Virus record (IMG/VR): IMGVR_UViG_3300032116_000031
Coordinates: 64,001 to 128,000 of that record
Source of the DNA: a virus
Direction: 5' to 3' (one strand)
DNA length: 64,000 nt
The notes beneath the pieces are model-generated. The model made no database searches and was not told where the DNA came from. It was given only the letters and a program-made list of their open reading frames with translations. Positions 61,413 through 64,000 of the stretch are shown one piece after another (the stretch's first letter is position 1; each line of letters starts with the position of its first letter). The translations under genes and the position numbers were made by a program.

Positions 61413-61452
61413 TAAAAAAAGGCCCATGAAAAAAATTCCATGGACCTTTTTT
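61413..61452 (-). terminator. Probable terminator after the major capsid gene
   Basis: AAAAAAGG.CCATG...CATGG.CCTTTTTT imperfect stem. Confidence 0.65.
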
Positions 61453-61473
61453 ATAATTCGTTGATAATCAATA

Positions 61474-63300
61474 TTATCTCAATTCGATTGGATCGAAGGT
61501 CTGGATATTATCAACCTTGATGTAGCCATAGTAACGGTTATTCACCATCTTCGTAGCGTAACGAGTAGCAATACCTTTTACCATAGTCAAGCTATCTGGA
61601 TCTGTGATAGTTGGGGTAAGTTGCAATGGAAGATATGGTGCATAAATGTAACCAGTATCCAACAAAGAAGTACCTTTGTGACCGATAAGAACGTCAAATG
61701 CAGAAGCATAAGGATCTACATATACTTTGTAACGGCCATTAACAGTACCTACCTGCTTCATACCAAGATTGTAAGAGTAATCCTCTAAATCATGGCTAGT
61801 TGGTAAGAACGCATCCAAATCATCGAAAATTGCACTTACTTCAGAAGATACAACGATAAAGTTAGCACCTCCGCGCAAAGTTGATTTGTGGATTTGAGCA
61901 GAAATCTGGTTGATACGAGTGATAAGAGTCTGGTTCCACTCTTTTTGAGTGTACTTTTGAGCACCAGTACCTTTCCATCCGTAGTAGTTCCAACGGAGTT
62001 TCCAAGCTGCACCGCGCTTCAATTCGCGCAATACTTGACGGTCAATTTCCATTGCAATCTGTTCAGACAACAATGCTGTCAATTCCGCTTCTGCTTCAAT
62101 GTTGTGGTATGCTTGAATATCAGTTGCCAATTCTGGAGTCCAACGAGCGCGAAGCTTACGAGATTCAACAGAAACAGTTACTTTCTTAATTTCGAAAGTT
62201 ACTTCACCGATTTCAGTTTCGTTTTCAAGAGTGTCATAGCGTCTCCAAGCGAATGCCAAGTCAGCAGCAGCGAAGGTAGTACCAGAAGCAGCACCAACGT
62301 ATCCGTCGTAGCTATCGCATGTAGCGCAATTCAATGGGTGAGTCAAGTCGATTTCAACGTACAATGTACCGTTTTGATCGCAGATGTCAGAAATATCTGT
62401 CAAACCTTTACCGTAAGCCTGTGCAGGGAAACGGAAGTTAACTGCATCACCAGTCTTGTAGATAACGTTACCTTGTGGGTCAAGGATGTCAGAACCAGCG
62501 TTGATAACACTGAAAGAAGCCAAGAACTCTTCTGTATCAACTTCCAAACCATTACCTTTGTACATACGTGCAGTAAAGTTGTTCAAGTTGGTAGAATTAC
62601 GTCCCAAGAATCCATCGATTCCGAACTTAGCGTAACGGATAGAACCGTCTTGTGCCAATTTCAAAGTGTTAGTTGCTGTCCAGCAGCTATTTTCATCCAA
62701 TTCAACAGGAGAACCTGATGCAGTGATGATTGTGAAGTTACCCTTGCTGTGATCGTACAATTCATCGTTGTAGAAACGATCGTACAAAGAACGGCATCCT
62801 TCGTAAGTCACATCAGGACAGTTAGAACCTACCAATAAACAAGCAGGCTTTTTGCCGATAGATGGAGCATGTGAAGATGTAGTCTGACCAGCTTGGTTAG
62901 TATCTTCGATTCTTTCAGAAATGTTCGGATAGAAGAAGAACAAAGCACCAGTTGGCTGTGTCATTGCTTGTACAGAAACGATGTCGTTAGCCAACAAACG
63001 GCTATAAATACGACGAATCATTGGGAAAGCCTGTGCTTCAAAACCACCAGAAGAACCTGAATTAGTTTCTTCGTTAAGTACGTTTTTGAAGTATTTAGCT
63101 TGATTCTCATAAAGAAGAGCTACGTTATCACGAACGTGACCTTCCAAATTACGAAGCCAGTTTTGGCCTTCGTTTACCCACTCACCACCGTTTGTTCTTT
63201 TACCTCCTACGTGCTGATAACGCTCGATGATTTCTTCACGTAAAAGTTGTTCGCGGTTGGTTTGGATATCTCCTAATTTACCAGATTTTACAAAACTCAT
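61474..63300 (-). CDS. Major capsid protein, T4 gp23-like
   Basis: LYENQ, VSVQAMTQPTG, RKLRARWTPELATDI.AYH, EIDR, YAPY.PL, TRY. Confidence 0.95.
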   Translation of the reverse strand: MSFVKSGKLGDIQTNREQLLREEIIERYQHVGGKRTNGGEWVNEGQNWLRNLEGHVRDNVALLYENQAKYFKNVLNEETNSGSSGGFEAQAFPMIRRIYSRLLANDIVSVQAMTQPTGALFFFYPNISERIEDTNQAGQTTSSHAPSIGKKPACLLVGSNCPDVTYEGCRSLYDRFYNDELYDHSKGNFTIITASGSPVELDENSCWTATNTLKLAQDGSIRYAKFGIDGFLGRNSTNLNNFTARMYKGNGLEVDTEEFLASFSVINAGSDILDPQGNVIYKTGDAVNFRFPAQAYGKGLTDISDICDQNGTLYVEIDLTHPLNCATCDSYDGYVGAASGTTFAAADLAFAWRRYDTLENETEIGEVTFEIKKVTVSVESRKLRARWTPELATDIQAYHNIEAEAELTALLSEQIAMEIDRQVLRELKRGAAWKLRWNYYGWKGTGAQKYTQKEWNQTLITRINQISAQIHKSTLRGGANFIVVSSEVSAIFDDLDAFLPTSHDLEDYSYNLGMKQVGTVNGRYKVYVDPYASAFDVLIGHKGTSLLDTGYIYAPYLPLQLTPTITDPDSLTMVKGIATRYATKMVNNRYYGYIKVDNIQTFDPIELR

Positions 63301-63333
63301 TTTATAAATGTTTTTTAATTTTTTTGTGTGTTT

Positions 63334-64000
63334 TTAGATTTTATAATTTACTAATTTATTAAACTTATCAAAGTCGGGATCATTAAATGTTTTTTCTTCT
63401 TTAATAATGTCCTTCTTTGAAGACTCGTTAATGCTATCTTTCAAGTCCTTCAATTCATTCTTTCCAGAAATAGTTTTTTTAGGAAGAGTCTTAGAAAGAG
63501 CCTCGAAAAGAATTTTTGATTCATTAATTGTTGTTACAGAATCAAATTGTTCAGCAATTTGAACTTTCTCATCTCTGCTAACAGTTTGTTCAGTAAACAA
63601 TTTTGTTATATGTAAAAGATTAGTGTTGTGAACAGCCAATTGGTCTAACATATTCTTAGATTCAGTTAAAGCTTGATCGTATTTAGCTTTCTGATTTTTC
63701 AATCTAAGATTTTCTGCTACCTTGGTAGAAACTTCCTCCTTCAAGACTTTAATTTTCTCATTATAAGCCTTTTGCATTCTGTTTAATTTCTGTTCGTACT
63801 GTTCAACGATGACTTTGTACTCATTAATACGAGCCTCCATTTTGCTTTCTTGTAGAGCTTCTTTGATCCACTCGTCAAGCTTTTCCTCTTCATCTTCCAT
63901 ATCATCATCGTCACCCATTTCAATTTCCATATCGTCGTCCATGTCCATATCTTCATCATCCATGTTCATGTCGTCTTCCATGTCCATATCTTGATCGTCG
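63334..64000 (-). CDS. Prohead scaffold/core protein (gp22-like), 5' end outside the window
   Basis: Acidic D/M/E low-complexity tract, coiled coil, many [IL]xE sites; directly upstream of the capsid gene. Confidence 0.7.
   Translation of the reverse strand, partial: DDQDMDMEDDMNMDDEDMDMDDDMEIEMGDDDDMEDEEEKLDEWIKEALQESKMEARINEYKVIVEQYEQKLNRMQKAYNEKIKVLKEEVSTKVAENLRLKNQKAKYDQALTESKNMLDQLAVHNTNLLHITKLFTEQTVSRDEKVQIAEQFDSVTTINESKILFEALSKTLPKKTISGKNELKDLKDSINESSKKDIIKEEKTFNDPDFDKFNKLVNYKI

Noticed and set aside
61888-62718. 276 aa antisense ORF inside the capsid gene
   Set aside because: Shadow of the strongly biased, GC-richer codon usage of the capsid gene; no recognisable motifs
1498-63994. 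Other short ORFs nested antisense to long genes in the ORF track
   Set aside because: Fully overlap well-supported genes and lack motifs or expression signals
1-64000. Alternative genetic code (TAG or TGA reassignment as in some Bacteroidota phages)
   Set aside because: Genes are full length in the standard code and TAG ends genes at sensible positions (18092, 45076)
63880-64000. Short tandem-like repeats (tcatc/tccat)
   Set aside because: Explained by the D/M/E low-complexity tract of the scaffold protein
1-64000. tRNA or rRNA genes
   Set aside because: Intergenic gaps are short and AT-rich; no cloverleaf or T-loop signature seen by eye

Overview
An AT-rich (roughly 28-30% GC by eye) 64 kb segment of a large T4-like (myovirus-type) dsDNA phage, probably infecting Bacteroidota, since TAnnTTTG promoters precede replication genes. 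Replication and nucleotide genes: family B DNA polymerase, DnaB/gp41-like helicase, UvsX/RecA, 5'-3' exonuclease, SSB, primase-helicase fusion, UvrD, SNF2, NrdAB, GMP reductase. Virion genes: major capsid, scaffold, neck, sheath, tube, tail chaperone, tape measure, baseplate. Also present are lysis genes, a TnpB and two homing endonucleases. Main observations: (1) the GC-rich 9-mer TGGACGGCG occurs at least 28 times, 14 per strand, always inside genes and in four different reading frames, so it behaves like a genome-wide DNA-level signal; (2) nrdA is fractured by an atypically split intein with a GIY-YIG endonuclease gene between the halves; (3) a ~90 bp palindromic intergenic element is present in three copies; (4) several enzymes, including a CCA-adding enzyme and a GNAT, carry capsid-targeting-like leaders; (5) the tail chaperone has a predicted -1 frameshift; (6) several virion proteins are unusually Cys-rich. 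All calls come from reading motifs by eye; no database search was run.
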